DNA of 64,000 nt from Octopus bimaculoides (lineage: Eukaryota), in NCBI RefSeq assembly GCF_001194135.2, contig NC_068981.1, positions 186,366,158-186,430,157 on the forward strand, read 5' to 3'. The position numbers were made by a program, and so were the translations under genes. The notes under the pieces are model-generated. The model had not been told where the DNA came from, did no database searches, and saw only the letters and a list, made by a program, of their open reading frames with translations. Positions 12,775-24,490 of the stretch are shown in pieces (positions within the stretch are counted from its first letter, which is position 1; each line of letters begins with the position of its first letter).

Positions 12775-13829
12775 GTATATATATATTACATATATATATA
12801 TGTATAAAATATATGTATATGTATGTATACACACACATATATATACATACATATATACAACCTTTTTACATATATATATATAAACATATATACACACACA
12901 CACACACATATATATGTGTGTGTGTATATTTATAAGCATCATTTAATCTCTCTCAGATTCTTTCTTAATAAAAAAAATTATAAATCAATTTATAATAAAT
13001 TCCGATATTTAGCCATTTATTTATTAGAATCTTATAAAAGATTAAATTGTCTCCCACGGTTTTCACTAATTTAGAACAGTAAAGCGATGACAAGTGCCAT
13101 GTGGAGTCATTTCTATTAATCCCTGTGACTTCCTCCACTTCTGTTTGTTGTCAAATCTCCTCTTTGTTTACATTTCTTTTCAATTTCTTATGATAACAGA
13201 TAATGTCTGCAGTTTATTTTATTAAGTCTTCTGAAAACTATATTCCCACATAGATCAACCCTCAAGCAGAAGAAAACTAATAAACACAAACCGTGATATC
13301 TCGGTTTTCGTTCTAGGTGTATTCGGAAAATAACGGTTTTTATGTCTTACTTTAAATAGTTTCATGGTGCACCCAGTGCGTGATCAGGTTTTTTTTTGCA
13401 AAATTGCCGACGTGATTCTTGGTAAGCTTATCTAAAAATATAGAAATATAAAACAAATTCAAATATACTTACATAATTACATGATAATACATCAAATCAC
13501 ATTCAATGGTGATAAAGCCTTTTCATATGTACCTATGAATATGTGTTTTTATTTGTATTTCTAAATGTTTATGTCTGTACGAGTGTGTGTGTACCTGTGT
13601 ACAAGAAAAGTAACTGTATGGTTAAAGTATTCGAGAGGAGTTCGTCTCCCTGAAATGCTAAATACAATAGCCAAGCTTCTTTTAGTTCACATGAAAAGAA
13701 GAATATATTAGATCAGTTAATCCCAGATAATCCTTAAGTCATGCTGCCTTAAAAGGTGGTATGATCGCAGGTGAAATAGATTTGAATATAGAGGTGCTAA
13801 GACAGTTGACTTATAATTAAAAAGATAAC

Positions 13830-14025
13830 AATAGCAACAACAACAACAAGAAGAACAACAACGACAGGAAAACAATAGCAAAGACGACAACAACAACAAA
13901 GAAAGCAATAACAGCTACAACAACAACAAATATAGTTACAACAGCTACTACAACAGCAACAACAAAAATAGCAACAGCAGCTGCAACAACAATTACAGCA
14001 ACTGAAGCGGAAGCAACAACAACGA
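13830..14025. repeat. Degenerate (CAA/CAG/ACA)n trinucleotide tract
   Basis: Direct reading; gives Q-, N- or T-rich pseudo-ORFs. Confidence 0.85.
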
Positions 14026-14546
14026 GAAACGGGAACCTTCTGATGTGTCTAGGGTCAGAAGATTAAATTCCAGATGGTATTTCCGTATGAATTTTCCTAC
14101 AGATTTGCTGTTTTTGTTTTTTGTTTTATTAGAATCAAAACCTTTGTTCTTATAGAGACGAACGAAGAGTGATTCGTAAATATAGAGAGCAGACAAACAC
14201 ATATAAGAAAAATAATAAAACGACACCCACCCCATCAAAAAAATAAGCAAAACAATTTCACACATGTTGGGAGACCTCTAGTGGCAAAGAGTTAAACCCT
14301 ACAGAATGCCTTCTTTCAGTTGTTGTTTCCAATCCAGAAGAGCATGTTCCGAGCTTGCCCGTTCACTCGGACTGAGGTCGTGATTCTCATCCACATCTAA
14401 AAAGTTTATTGGGAATCAACATTTCCTTCTACAGCTTCATCGTCTCTTTTTCAGTTAGAGAAGAAGAACGGGGTTGCGGGGATTTGGGTGGCGTTATTGC
14501 AGTGTTGTTATTATACTGTCACTTATTATTGAACTAACGATTTATT

Positions 14547-14764
14547 TCATCTCCACAGACAACATTCTTGGTATGGCTGAATAATATTTTGAAAGGAATC
14601 TCTAATATATAACATCTTTGAAAGTATCTCTTTTGAAAACAGAGAGTCATTGTTGTTGTCGTTGTTATAATCACTATCATTATTATCGTTTTTATTACTA
14701 TTATTATCAAGACTACTTTTCTTTGCCGTTGCTGCTTCAGTGGTTTCCATTGACCGAACAGAAC
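14547..14764 (-). other. Candidate terminal exon (low confidence)
   Basis: Acceptor TTTTCCTCTTAG|G, an open frame (SVRSMETTEAA...CCLWR*) and AATAAA immediately after the TGA. Part of the frame is an N/D-rich microsatellite and I recognise no homology. Confidence 0.15.
14559..14570 (+). other. Candidate 12-nt microexon (low confidence)
   Basis: CTAAC branch-point match (14534-14538), pyrimidine tract, CACAG|ACAACATTCTTG|GTATGG. Confidence 0.15.
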
Positions 14765-15271
14765 CTAAGAGGAAAATGTCCATAAAAGACAGCTATTGCT
14801 CCAGCTAACCTTCAAATAATGTTCTATTCTCTTTAACGGAGAAACTGCAGTATATTTTCTCCTTTGAAGAAAAAAAAACGAAAGAAAATAGACTTGATTA
14901 TCTTTTTTCTTTTCTTTTTTTTCACTAACCGTGAGTTTTGTTGTTGGAACGACTGATCCAGTGTGAGATTTATAAACTATTTCATTAAAAAAAGGAAAAT
15001 TTATGCTAGTTGCTCAGTAGCTACGCTGCAATAAATATTTATGACATAAAACTTAACTTCATATTTATAAAGTTAAAGAAACTAGAATTTGAAAAGATAA
15101 TCTCTTTTTGTTGACGTTCATATTTCGCCATAGAAAGAGCTGAAATATCGACCACTATAATTAGAAACCGGTACGAACATTCAAGCTTATAAAGATTGTT
15201 CCTCCCCAAATATGTTAGTTATCACAGATTTGTTTTAACAGCCCAGTTTATTCTTTGACTTGACATTCCAG

Positions 15272-15371
15272 GATTGGATGACTCAACTTGCAGTACGTTG
15301 TTGCACAGGTTTTATTGATGTGTATCGGTGGTGCAGTTGTAAAAATGCTGCAGAACGTGTAAAGGGTCGTG
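15272..15371 (+). other. Candidate internal exon, 100 nt (low confidence)
   Basis: TTCTTTGACTTGACATTCCAG| ... GTG|GTAAGA. One frame is open (DWMTQLAVRCCTGFIDVYRWCSCKNAAERVKGR); no recognised homology. Confidence 0.2.
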
Positions 15372-15411
15372 GTAAGATTCCCAATGGATGCAGGCTTGCC
15401 TTTTATGAATC

Positions 15412-15605
15412 CACCAGGCCTAATGGGTAGCATTGTTCGGTTCATGGCACAGAACCATGGGTTCGATTCTTAGACATTGCAGTGAGCTGTGTCTTTAAAC
15501 AAAGTATTTCATTTCGGGTTGCTCCAAGGCGACTCGGGTCAAAATAAGTACCAACATGATTCTGGTGTAACCATTACTCTTTTTAGTTGTCCCATTTTGG
15601 CCAGT
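15412..15605 (+). mobile_element. Diverged tRNA-head SINE (C-F group)
   Basis: GGCCTAATGGGTAG A-box-like, GGTTCGATTC B-box, CORE-like TGTGTCTTTAAACAAAGTATTTCATTTC..GTTGCTCC. Confidence 0.55.
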
Positions 15606-15935
15606 CTACACTGGCGGGATGAATAATATTTTGAAAGGAATCTCTAATATATATAACATCTTTGAAAGTATATATAATATATATACTAGTATATATATAT
15701 ATATATATATATATATNNNNNNNNNNNNNNNNNNNNNNNNNNNNNNNNNNNNNNNNNNNNNNNNNNNNNNNNNNNNNNNNNNNNNNNNNNNNNNNNNNNN
15801 NNNNNNNNNNNNNNNNNNNNNNNNNNNNNNNNNNNNNNNNNNNNNNNNNNNNNNNNNNNNNNNNNNNNNNNNNNNNNNNNNNNNNNNNNNNNNNNNNNNN
15901 NNNNNNNNNNNNNNNNNNNNNNNNNNNNNNNNNNN

Positions 15936-15987
<52 letters not shown>

Positions 15988-16213
15988 GCATGTACAATAC
16001 TAGAAACAGAGGAGATTTCAGTTAGATTTTATTTAGTGAAGTCGCTCACCGAACTAAATAACAACAGACTTTAATGATCTTACATTACCACTGACCACAT
16101 AAATTGAGGTAGAAACAATTGACAATAGTATTTTGCAACGCTTACAATCATTGGTACATCTTGTGTTGGTTCACGAGGATTTGAAATTATAACAATAAGG
16201 ATTTCAATAAGGA

Positions 16214-16406
16214 TTTCAAATTGTGGCACAAGGCCAGCGATTTTGGAGCAAGTGGCAAGTCGATTACATCGACCCCAGTACTCAATTGGTACTTATTTTA
16301 TCGACCCCCACCCCGACAGGAATTTGAAATCAGAACGTAAGGGTGGACGAAATGTTGCTAAGCATTTCGCCCGGCGTTCTAACGATTCTACCTGCTCGTC
16401 GCCTTA
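16214..16406 (-). mobile_element. SINE family B, near full length
   Basis: GGCACAAGGCCAGC...GTCGATTACATCGACCCCAGTACTCAATTGGTACTTATTTTATCGACC...GCTAAGCATTTCGCCCGGCG...CTCGTCGCCTT. Confidence 0.92.
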
Positions 16407-19079
16407 TCACGAATAATACCAAACAAATAATATTGTGACACACCGGTTTTCACTTGGATGACCTTAAATACTTTTTGATGCTAACGAATACCTTTTCTTC
16501 AGTTTATATAATTGTAGCTATGAGATTATGTTGCATTCATTGCTATCTCAGGGGTAGGTGTAGCTTTAGGCAAATAGATCTAATAGAAATATTCCAAACG
16601 ATTAGAAGATTGAAATGTTCGAAAGATAACTCTGGAAAGTTTTAAGTATTGTAGTTGGAACACGATAGTTTTAACATATTAGTAAGATAATTGCCTATTC
16701 ATTAATTAATACTGATCAAACATATAACACTCTGTATTTTGTGATTCGATGCTCTATAACTTCTAGATATCAATATGATAGAGAAATCACTTTCAGGTTA
16801 CAACCAATAAGCACTAATATAAGAACATTGATTCAGTTCGATTTACTATAATCTGAATGTATTTATAACTTACATCTTATATTCATCTCATTCTCGTAAT
16901 AGACTACATTTCATATATAGAAATGTAATAATTACTTCATCGGACATGTTGCCTTGATAGGCTACATATCGCAAGTAGACGATAGTGATTATTTTAGATA
17001 CTAATCTGTCTGCTACAAAGTGTGAAAGTTTAGAAGATAAACAAACTATGTTGCAGTGGATTTTGTGCAATTCAACATTGGAATAAATTTAATTTCTGTA
17101 AAAAGAGAAAACAACAGAGTGGTTGTTCTATATTTCAATGGTTTTAAACCCAAGTGCTATTGTCCACGAGAGTTTCACACAACTCTTGTCTCACTATAAC
17201 TATCAGGGAGAATTTCTTCTTCGATCTTTTCGCTGTTATAGAGCTGCGTAGATAGCAGGGCAACTTACACTGAAGTTGTTTCCACCGCTTCCATGTTGTA
17301 GCTGACAGTAATTTGCGTTGAAGATATGATGTTCTCTGATGTCTTTTAATGATATCTCGACTTTTTCATAGTATTTATTTTATATGCTATGTAACTGTCT
17401 AATACGTGTGTATGCTCACACATAGATAATATAGTGAGTTGGGAAAGTTCAATCAACTATAAGACCACCATTCGACCCTGCTATCTTTGAGCTGGTGCCT
17501 CCTCCGAGTAGCTTAAGTTGCTTAACAGGGTGGGTCCTCTTCTTTCCATTAGGCATGAGTTTTAGGGTTCATCACCGAAATATATCTCTGTTGTATCTTT
17601 TCTGCAAATATTTCTATGGCCATGACTCTGGGGAAATCTCTGCTCTAGTATCATTTCTCAAGACTTTTAAACATGTTACCCACTACTCTTCTAGGTGTAT
17701 CGCTTCTCTATGGAGTTTCTTATTAACCATAAGTTCATTCATTCTAATAATTTCTTTACTCGAAATACTGCTCTCTGGAACTCACTACAATCCAGTTTTC
17801 CACAGGTCTATGATATGGAGTTCCTTTACGTTTTATATTAATCTATATCACTGGAATTTGTAGTCCTGTCCCTCATTTTACTCACACTACAGTAGCTCTA
17901 TGTAATACAAATCGTATTAACAAAAAACAAAAACTAGTATACCAGCAAACAGAAGACAAAGATATGTCCAGAGGTGTCTGAAACAAAAACAAACAAAAAA
18001 CAGCTCTAAGATCAGATAACTTAAACTTTCCTTAATTTGGAAACATAATATAATACAATTTTCATCCGTCCTAATAGCACACTATTTTAGAAAGCGGTTC
18101 AATAGTGTAATCTGGAGTTAACTGTACTTTGAAGGGGGTGAAATTGTCATGGCTGAAATAAACTTTACCAACTGAATCAAAACTGAATTTGTTTTGAATA
18201 TCATCGGTGTGAGAAGAATTCCCAATATTTATGCCACTGGAAGATTATTGCGAATATTATATTTATAGGTGTGCGTGGGTGTGCGCGCGTGTGTGCATGA
18301 GTATGGCATACATGAATATATATAAGCATCTGCACATATATATATATATATATATATATGTGTGTTTGTGTGTGCGTATGTATGTATACATAGTTGTGTG
18401 TGTGTGTGTGTGTGTGTGTGTCTATGAAAATTATTTGTAGCAGCGAACTTTAAAAATATATTCGTTCTGTTCGAATCAGGCGATATTCTATTTATATACT
18501 CAAGCTACTTGATCAAACTGACAATCAACTTAGTCCTACTGATAAGTGCCAATAATTAACGATAGGTTATACAAACACCACTCAATCAATTGTTTGTTTG
18601 TTTCTACTATTTAGAATTGTAGTCGGACAAGTGTGGCTTAAAAGTTTTACCTGTTTTTCTTGCTTTCGTTTCTCGAACTCATTCATATTTCACTGAAAAC
18701 TCGAATAGTTTTAAAAATATATATTTAAAGCTGATTGGTACAAAGACAAGAGTTCTATTAACCCAACTTTTCGTGTCCAAACATAGTGTTTTGTGACCTG
18801 GTCTGAAGAAAATGTGTACTTTTAACGAAAAAAAATAACTTAATGGTCAGATGAGAAATATTTTGGTAATGGAGAAATTTTTCACGATTGCATGCAAGTA
18901 AAATAAATATTTTTGAAATATTTGCAAATTTTCATAATGATATTTAAAACTTCGTCAAAATTGGATCAGGCTAAAATTCTTAAACGTGGTACCGGAGACA
19001 AAATAACCATCATGTAGTTATCACATTAATATAGAGCCTGTTAGTAACTGCTTCTGTTTTGATGACTGTTCTCATAAAA

Positions 19080-19492
19080 TACAAGATTTTATGTACCATA
19101 CTTTGGCGTTGAAAGTTACACAAACAGCAGGAGAAGGCGCTGCTGCATAGTGCTAAAGATACCAACACTTTTAGCAGGACATAGGGATAGATGCTGCAAC
19201 AGCTCGTGTTCCAAGGCCCCACACGTCTTCAGTATCCTCCCAAAAAGCCTTAGAGACTTACACGGGGTGGAGGTATGTGTGTTTAAAACAAAACTGAGTC
19301 TTTTCCTCTCAATAGTTCTGGATGAACCTATATCGCGCCAAGAAATGCACATGAGGGCAGCAACATCAAACTACCATTATCCACCAAATTCCACATATCA
19401 GAGGCTGTTTCAAGTGGTGAAGGTACAGCAAAGTTAACGGGGATGCCACAGCATGGCCGCAGTTCTCGAGCTAAAACCTAGTAAAAAATAAA
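19080..19492 (+). mobile_element. 5'-truncated CR1-group LINE 3' end (ORF2 C-terminus plus short 3' tail)
   Basis: Frame VPYFGVESYTNSRRRRCCIVLKIPT...CNS..SKAPHVFSILPKSLRDLHGVEVCVFKTKLSLFLSIVLDEP matches the CR1/L2-type C-terminal pattern N.LP...R......FK..LD..L...PDEP. It is followed by the tail CAGCATGGCCGCAG...AGTAAAAAATAAA. Confidence 0.8.
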
Positions 19493-20231
19493 CGACTACA
19501 AAACAGAGCGAAATGGCAGTCATTGGAACATTGGAAAGAATTCCTGGTAGTATTTGTTCCGACTCTCTAAATGCTAAATTTAAATTGCATCCTTTTGGAA
19601 CAGATAAGAACATCCCAATCCATAGTGATGAATTGGTAGATTGGTTAGATCTTCGTGAAGGTTAACTTCCGGTATATCCTCCCTCTGTCAATCTGCAATC
19701 TGACCGCAACGCCTACAGTGACAAGGATATTAAGCAGTTCTCGGTTTTTCCATTGTATAAATATCATCAGTTGCCTGAGAATGGTAAAGTTTTCGTTATG
19801 CACAACTGCTAGTCTTTCTTTAAAATTCTTCTCCATGTTTACACATACTTATGCAGAGCCTTGTCAATCTTGACCGATGGAAAACACCGCCACAACAACT
19901 TACATTTTTCTTTCTAGTTTGTATCAGCCATTCTGTTTCATTCCATATCTCTCATTATTAGTCTTAGCATCGAGAAGCATAAACGTCATTGGCGTGGAGA
20001 AAGGAGAATTCCCGGAATGGACAACCACTAGACTTCCTTTTCCTTACACATGCGCGTAAATACACCGACGCGTGGTCAACCTTGACCTACGGATGGCAGC
20101 TCTAATACAATTTACAAAATTTTCCACTTTTATAAGATATACTAAGTTTCATGCATTATTTCTAATAATCACTCTTAGCAGCGATTAGGATATAAGCCGT
20201 TGATAATCCTAGATTTCGAAGCTTAAAACCT

Positions 20232-20510
20232 GGCATTCGGCAATGATGACGGGTGTTCCGTTTGATCCGGTCAACGGAACAGCCTTCTAGTGAAATAAAC
20301 GTGCAAGTGGCTGAGCACTCCACAGACAATTGCACCTGTAACCTAGTTCATAGACAGATTCAGCGCGATACAGATACAGAATGTGACAAAGGTAGCCCTT
20401 TGTAATTACAGGAACAACTCATTTTCGCCAGCTGAGTGGAATGCAGCAACGTGAAATCAAGCGGACACGATAATGAGCCGAATATCCTAACCACTAAGCC
20501 ATGCGCCTTC
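20232..20510 (-). mobile_element. SINE family C (internally deleted)
   Basis: Head GGCGCATGGCTTAGTGGTTAGGATATTCGGCTCA; body and tail collinear with 61282-61612, including the GTTCCGTTGA/TCAAACGGAAC hairpin. Confidence 0.9.
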
Positions 20511-21689
20511 ACCGACCTAGATATTCTTTCGGCAACGACAAATGTATCCCTACTACTGTAACAAAATGGCGGTCTGATACGCAGAGAACATTAGTAATTC
20601 TTAAGAAAAGAAATGAATCTATGACCTAAATTAGTAAAAGCGATAAAGATGTGAGAGGTAAATCATAATTACTTTATGCCATTTCTGTTATAATTATTTT
20701 AGAGCTTCAAGCTTAATTAAGAAATTGGCAGAGTTCTTTCCGTAGGTGTTATGGATTGGAAGTTTTTTTTTGTGTTCATTATATCTGCCTTCCTACCTGC
20801 AATTATATGGTTATGCAGTTCTACTTCTACAATGCTGATAATACATCTGCAATGAATGTCAAAAGAACAAGTTGCCCAGATCATTAATTATGATAGGATG
20901 ATGTTGATACATTCATCCTGGAAAAACTTAACTTTCTTATCTATTCGCTTCTATGATTTTCTTTCACCTCACAAAATAAAAAAGAAGAACCCAATGGTCA
21001 TTAGTGGTTGAGAGACATTTAGCTTTCATTATATATATTGGTTTTACAGCAATATATATATATATATATTCCACTATTCCACACCAGAAATCTTTTCAAG
21101 GTGATTTAAAATTAACGATTATCAACGTCTCTCATTTTTACTTTCTATTTCTGTCAATTTCATATTCTGTTTCTGATCTCTTTTCCTGAATTCCTCTCTA
21201 CTCTTTCTCTTTCTCTCTCACCCTCTCTCTATATATATAGCTAGCTAACTAACTACCGTTTTTTTCCATCGTTTACTATTAAATACACCCATCTATGTGT
21301 GCGTGTGTATATATATATATATAATTATTTTCATTAGTGTCTGTCGACCCTCCTCTTTCGTTATTTTTGCTTTTACAACTTGCTACACTAGTGTATTTTC
21401 TTTATCTTCATAATTGTGTGTGTGTGCATGTCCATGTGTGCATGCCCAAGTGCACATGTGCATCTGTGTGAGTGTGTGTGAATGCGCACGTGTGTGTGTG
21501 TGCCGATGTATGCGTGTGAATGCGTGGGTATGTGTACCTGCCTCTCTAGTACGTGTTCCTCTTAATTTTCATTCCGTTCTACATTCCTTTGCACATTATT
21601 CAAATCCGATCTCCACCACCACCACCACCACCTCCGCCTTTTCGTTCTTTTTCGCCTGTATCAAAACTTCGTTCCCTCTCCCTACTCAC

Positions 21690-21803
21690 CTTTACTTCAG
21701 AATATGACAAGATGATTCAAAGCTGAAATATCTCTTTGTTTCATCGATTTCACACATCGTATGACATTATAAGTTGGGAAGAATTACGCGTGGAGAAACA
21801 TAT
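21690..21803 (-). other. Candidate non-coding exon, 114 nt (low confidence)
   Basis: Long pyrimidine tract + TACAG| acceptor and AAG|GTGAGT donor; stops in all three frames. Confidence 0.2.
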
Positions 21804-22965
21804 CTGTAGGTATAAAACAAATATAAAGAAAACCGCTAGAAAAGAGTCTGTATACGTTTGTGAGTGCGTGAAATATATAAAGAAAGGAAGAATAGACGAA
21901 GTAAAGAATGAAGGAATGAGCAAGATTTTATTTTTAATATTTGTTTCAGAAAATGTTAGAATATATCTTGTGTACTAGAACGATATGTGTAAATTAGAAA
22001 TAGTAATACTATATATTTTCTGGATAATACATGGATTAGAATTATCCATATAATCTATAAGGGATTTAGAATGTTATTTCGGTATTTTTTGAGTGAAAAC
22101 TCTTTTCATCCAATTATGTGCATTAAACGAAAGAGAAATGAGATAATCGCCAAAATCGGAATTTCAACAATAGTTTGTTCCTTTTCCAATCAATTTTTCA
22201 ACGCATCCGAGCAAATCAAGCAACGCATATTACAATTTATATTTCATAAAGATAGATTTTGCATTAATATTTTCGTGTCATAGATTTAAATAGATTCTTA
22301 GTATATATACATAAAATGGATGTCGTAAGAATTTCTGATACGCCGAATGCGAATTTTGATTTTAGTATGAAGGACTTAAAACAGATCACTTATCTCGAGC
22401 TAGGTGGCCGACTCCTCAAGCTACATTACTCAAAATCTGGATGCCACTCACTGCGCGACCCTGAGACATTCTGCAAGCCCAGCTATTTGCCAGAATCCTG
22501 AATACACAGCGACTTAATACATATGCCTCATTTGTATGTTCTCCCAAAACAGTATTCGTTCATACATTTCGCTAGCCTACACCAATTTCTCCATCACTTC
22601 CGGCGTATCATCCAATATGTCACAAGTGGTTACCATTTATTTGGGTAACAACATTCATAATTTATCCATACTAGTCTTTTAGAATGATATATAGCAATGT
22701 TTGTTTTATGAACTCCATGTTTCTGTTTTGATTCGTTCTTTGTAAATTGTATCTTACTTTAGATGTGGAATTTCTCGTTGCACTCCAATCATCGCACAAA
22801 TCCTATTGACAGTGCACAAGAATTCCGATCTAACCTCGAAACTACCCGAGACGAGAAGGGTACCTTGTGTAATATAAAATAGCAAATCAATTTTCAGAAC
22901 CCTATGTATGACCATTTCACAATTAGAAATTAGCAAGGGAATTCAAATACTAAATAATAATAGAG

Positions 22966-23174
22966 GCTTCAAATTTTGACACAAGGCATGCAATTTTAAG
23001 CGGGAAAGGGCAAGTTGATTACATTGCCACAGTTCTTGACTAATAATTTATTTTCTCAACACTGAAAAGATGAAATCCAAAGTCGACCTTGATGGAATTT
23101 GACTCATAAAGAGCCGGCAAATACTGCTAAGCCTATTCTCCGACGCGTTTGTGATTCTGCCACTTCGCCACTTA
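22966..23174 (-). mobile_element. SINE family B
   Basis: TTCAAATTTTGACACAAGG...AAAGTCGACCTTGATGGAATTTGA...GATTCTGCCACTTCGCC. Confidence 0.85.
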
Positions 23175-23346
23175 ACATATATGATGCTAATACGATGATC
23201 TCACTGCTGAAAATGTCGGTCAGTAGCAACGACAGAGCAACTAATAACTTACTAGTGGAAGACGCTAACAGGTGTTAATTCTAATATTAATATTGCTAAA
23301 AATATTTGTACTTTCAGAATTTGAAGTCCTAATATTGAGGGCATTT

Positions 23347-23561
23347 GAGGGCGACGGGCTGGCAGAATCGTTAGTACGCCGGATAAAATGTTTAGCGGCA
23401 CTTTGTCCGTCTTTATGTTTTGAGTTCAGATTCCACCGTGGCCGACTTTGTCCTTCATCTCTTTGACGTTGCTAAAACAGTTACCATTTGAGCACTAGCG
23501 TGGATGTAATCAACTTAACCCCTTCCTCGATAGTGCTGGTCTTGTGCTAAAATTTGGAATC
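23347..23561 (+). mobile_element. SINE family B
   Basis: GGCGACGGGCTGGCAGAATCGTTAG...GAGTTCAGATTCC...GATGTAATC...TGCTGGTCTTGTGCTAAAATTTGGAA. Confidence 0.88.
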
Positions 23562-23588
23562 TATTTGAAACTAATATTGGGGGGACTT

Positions 23589-23629
23589 AAATTCATATAT
23601 GAAATTCATATACGAAATTGATATATGAA
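23589..23629. repeat. Three copies of a ~13-bp near-palindromic unit (AAATTCATATATG)
   Basis: AAATTCATATATG AAATTCATATACG AAATTGATATATG. Confidence 0.8.
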
Positions 23630-24458
23630 AAATATGGACATGAAATAATATTTAGATCACCCATTTATATACGTTACATATAATTTTATTTTATATGTTT
23701 ATAAATCTGTTTTCCAAGTTTAATGGAGCTTTTCATTCTCTATGATTCCCGATATTTATTTTCTCTCTCGTTCTCTATGATGCCCAGCATTAATATGCTG
23801 TCTGTGCAAAAGACTTAAAGACTATAAAAATATCTCATCAAAATAACACCAAGGGTGTAAAGTGTTTAAACGATCCATTCCGTTATATATTGCTTTAAAA
23901 TAGTTAAAATAAAGCATCACCTTCAAAGCTATTTACGATATTTCAGGTTATGAATTAAGCGTGAGAACAGCACCGTAATGTCTTCTATTAATAAGATATT
24001 TTAAGCGTCAAGGTATATACGCATACGCGTGCACACACGAAAACACGCACATGATATGCAGGTAAACGCAGAAAACCACAAACGTATATGTATAACGTAT
24101 ATCCAGGAACACACACACATACATAATCACAAAAAGCCATTACATATATATGTACATATATTCATACGTATATATACATTTATACATACATATATACACA
24201 TATATACATACATATATACGCATATATACATATATATACATGTATATGTATATACACATATATATACATATACATTTTATACATGTATATGTATATACAC
24301 ACATATATATACATACATATATTCATACACATATATNNNNNNNNNNNNNNNNNNNNNNNNNNNNNNNNNNNNNNNNNNNNNNNNNNNNNNNNNNNNNNNN
24401 NNNNNNNNNNNNNNNNNNNNNNNNNNNNNNNNNNNNNNNNNNNNNNNNNNNNNNNNNN

Positions 24459-24490
<32 letters not shown>

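Larger units (their letters stand above)
14578..15671 (+). repeat. Direct repeat pair of ~50 bp (14578-14627 and 15620-15671)
   Basis: TGAATAATATTTTGAAAGGAATCTCTAATATAT(AT)AACATCTTTGAAAGTAT is identical except for one extra AT unit. Confidence 0.95.

Noticed and set aside
13289-13308. 20-bp imperfect palindrome AAACCGTGATATCTCGGTTT, and a 12-bp hairpin at 29844-29874
   Set aside because: Short isolated palindromes are expected by chance at this length and AT content.
16600-16660. Weak similarity to the R4 3' end at 51440-51480
   Set aside because: Short, AT-rich and not extendable by eye.
17160-17830. Long minus-strand frame with scattered stops, possibly a decayed retroelement ORF
   Set aside because: I could not match any diagnostic motif.
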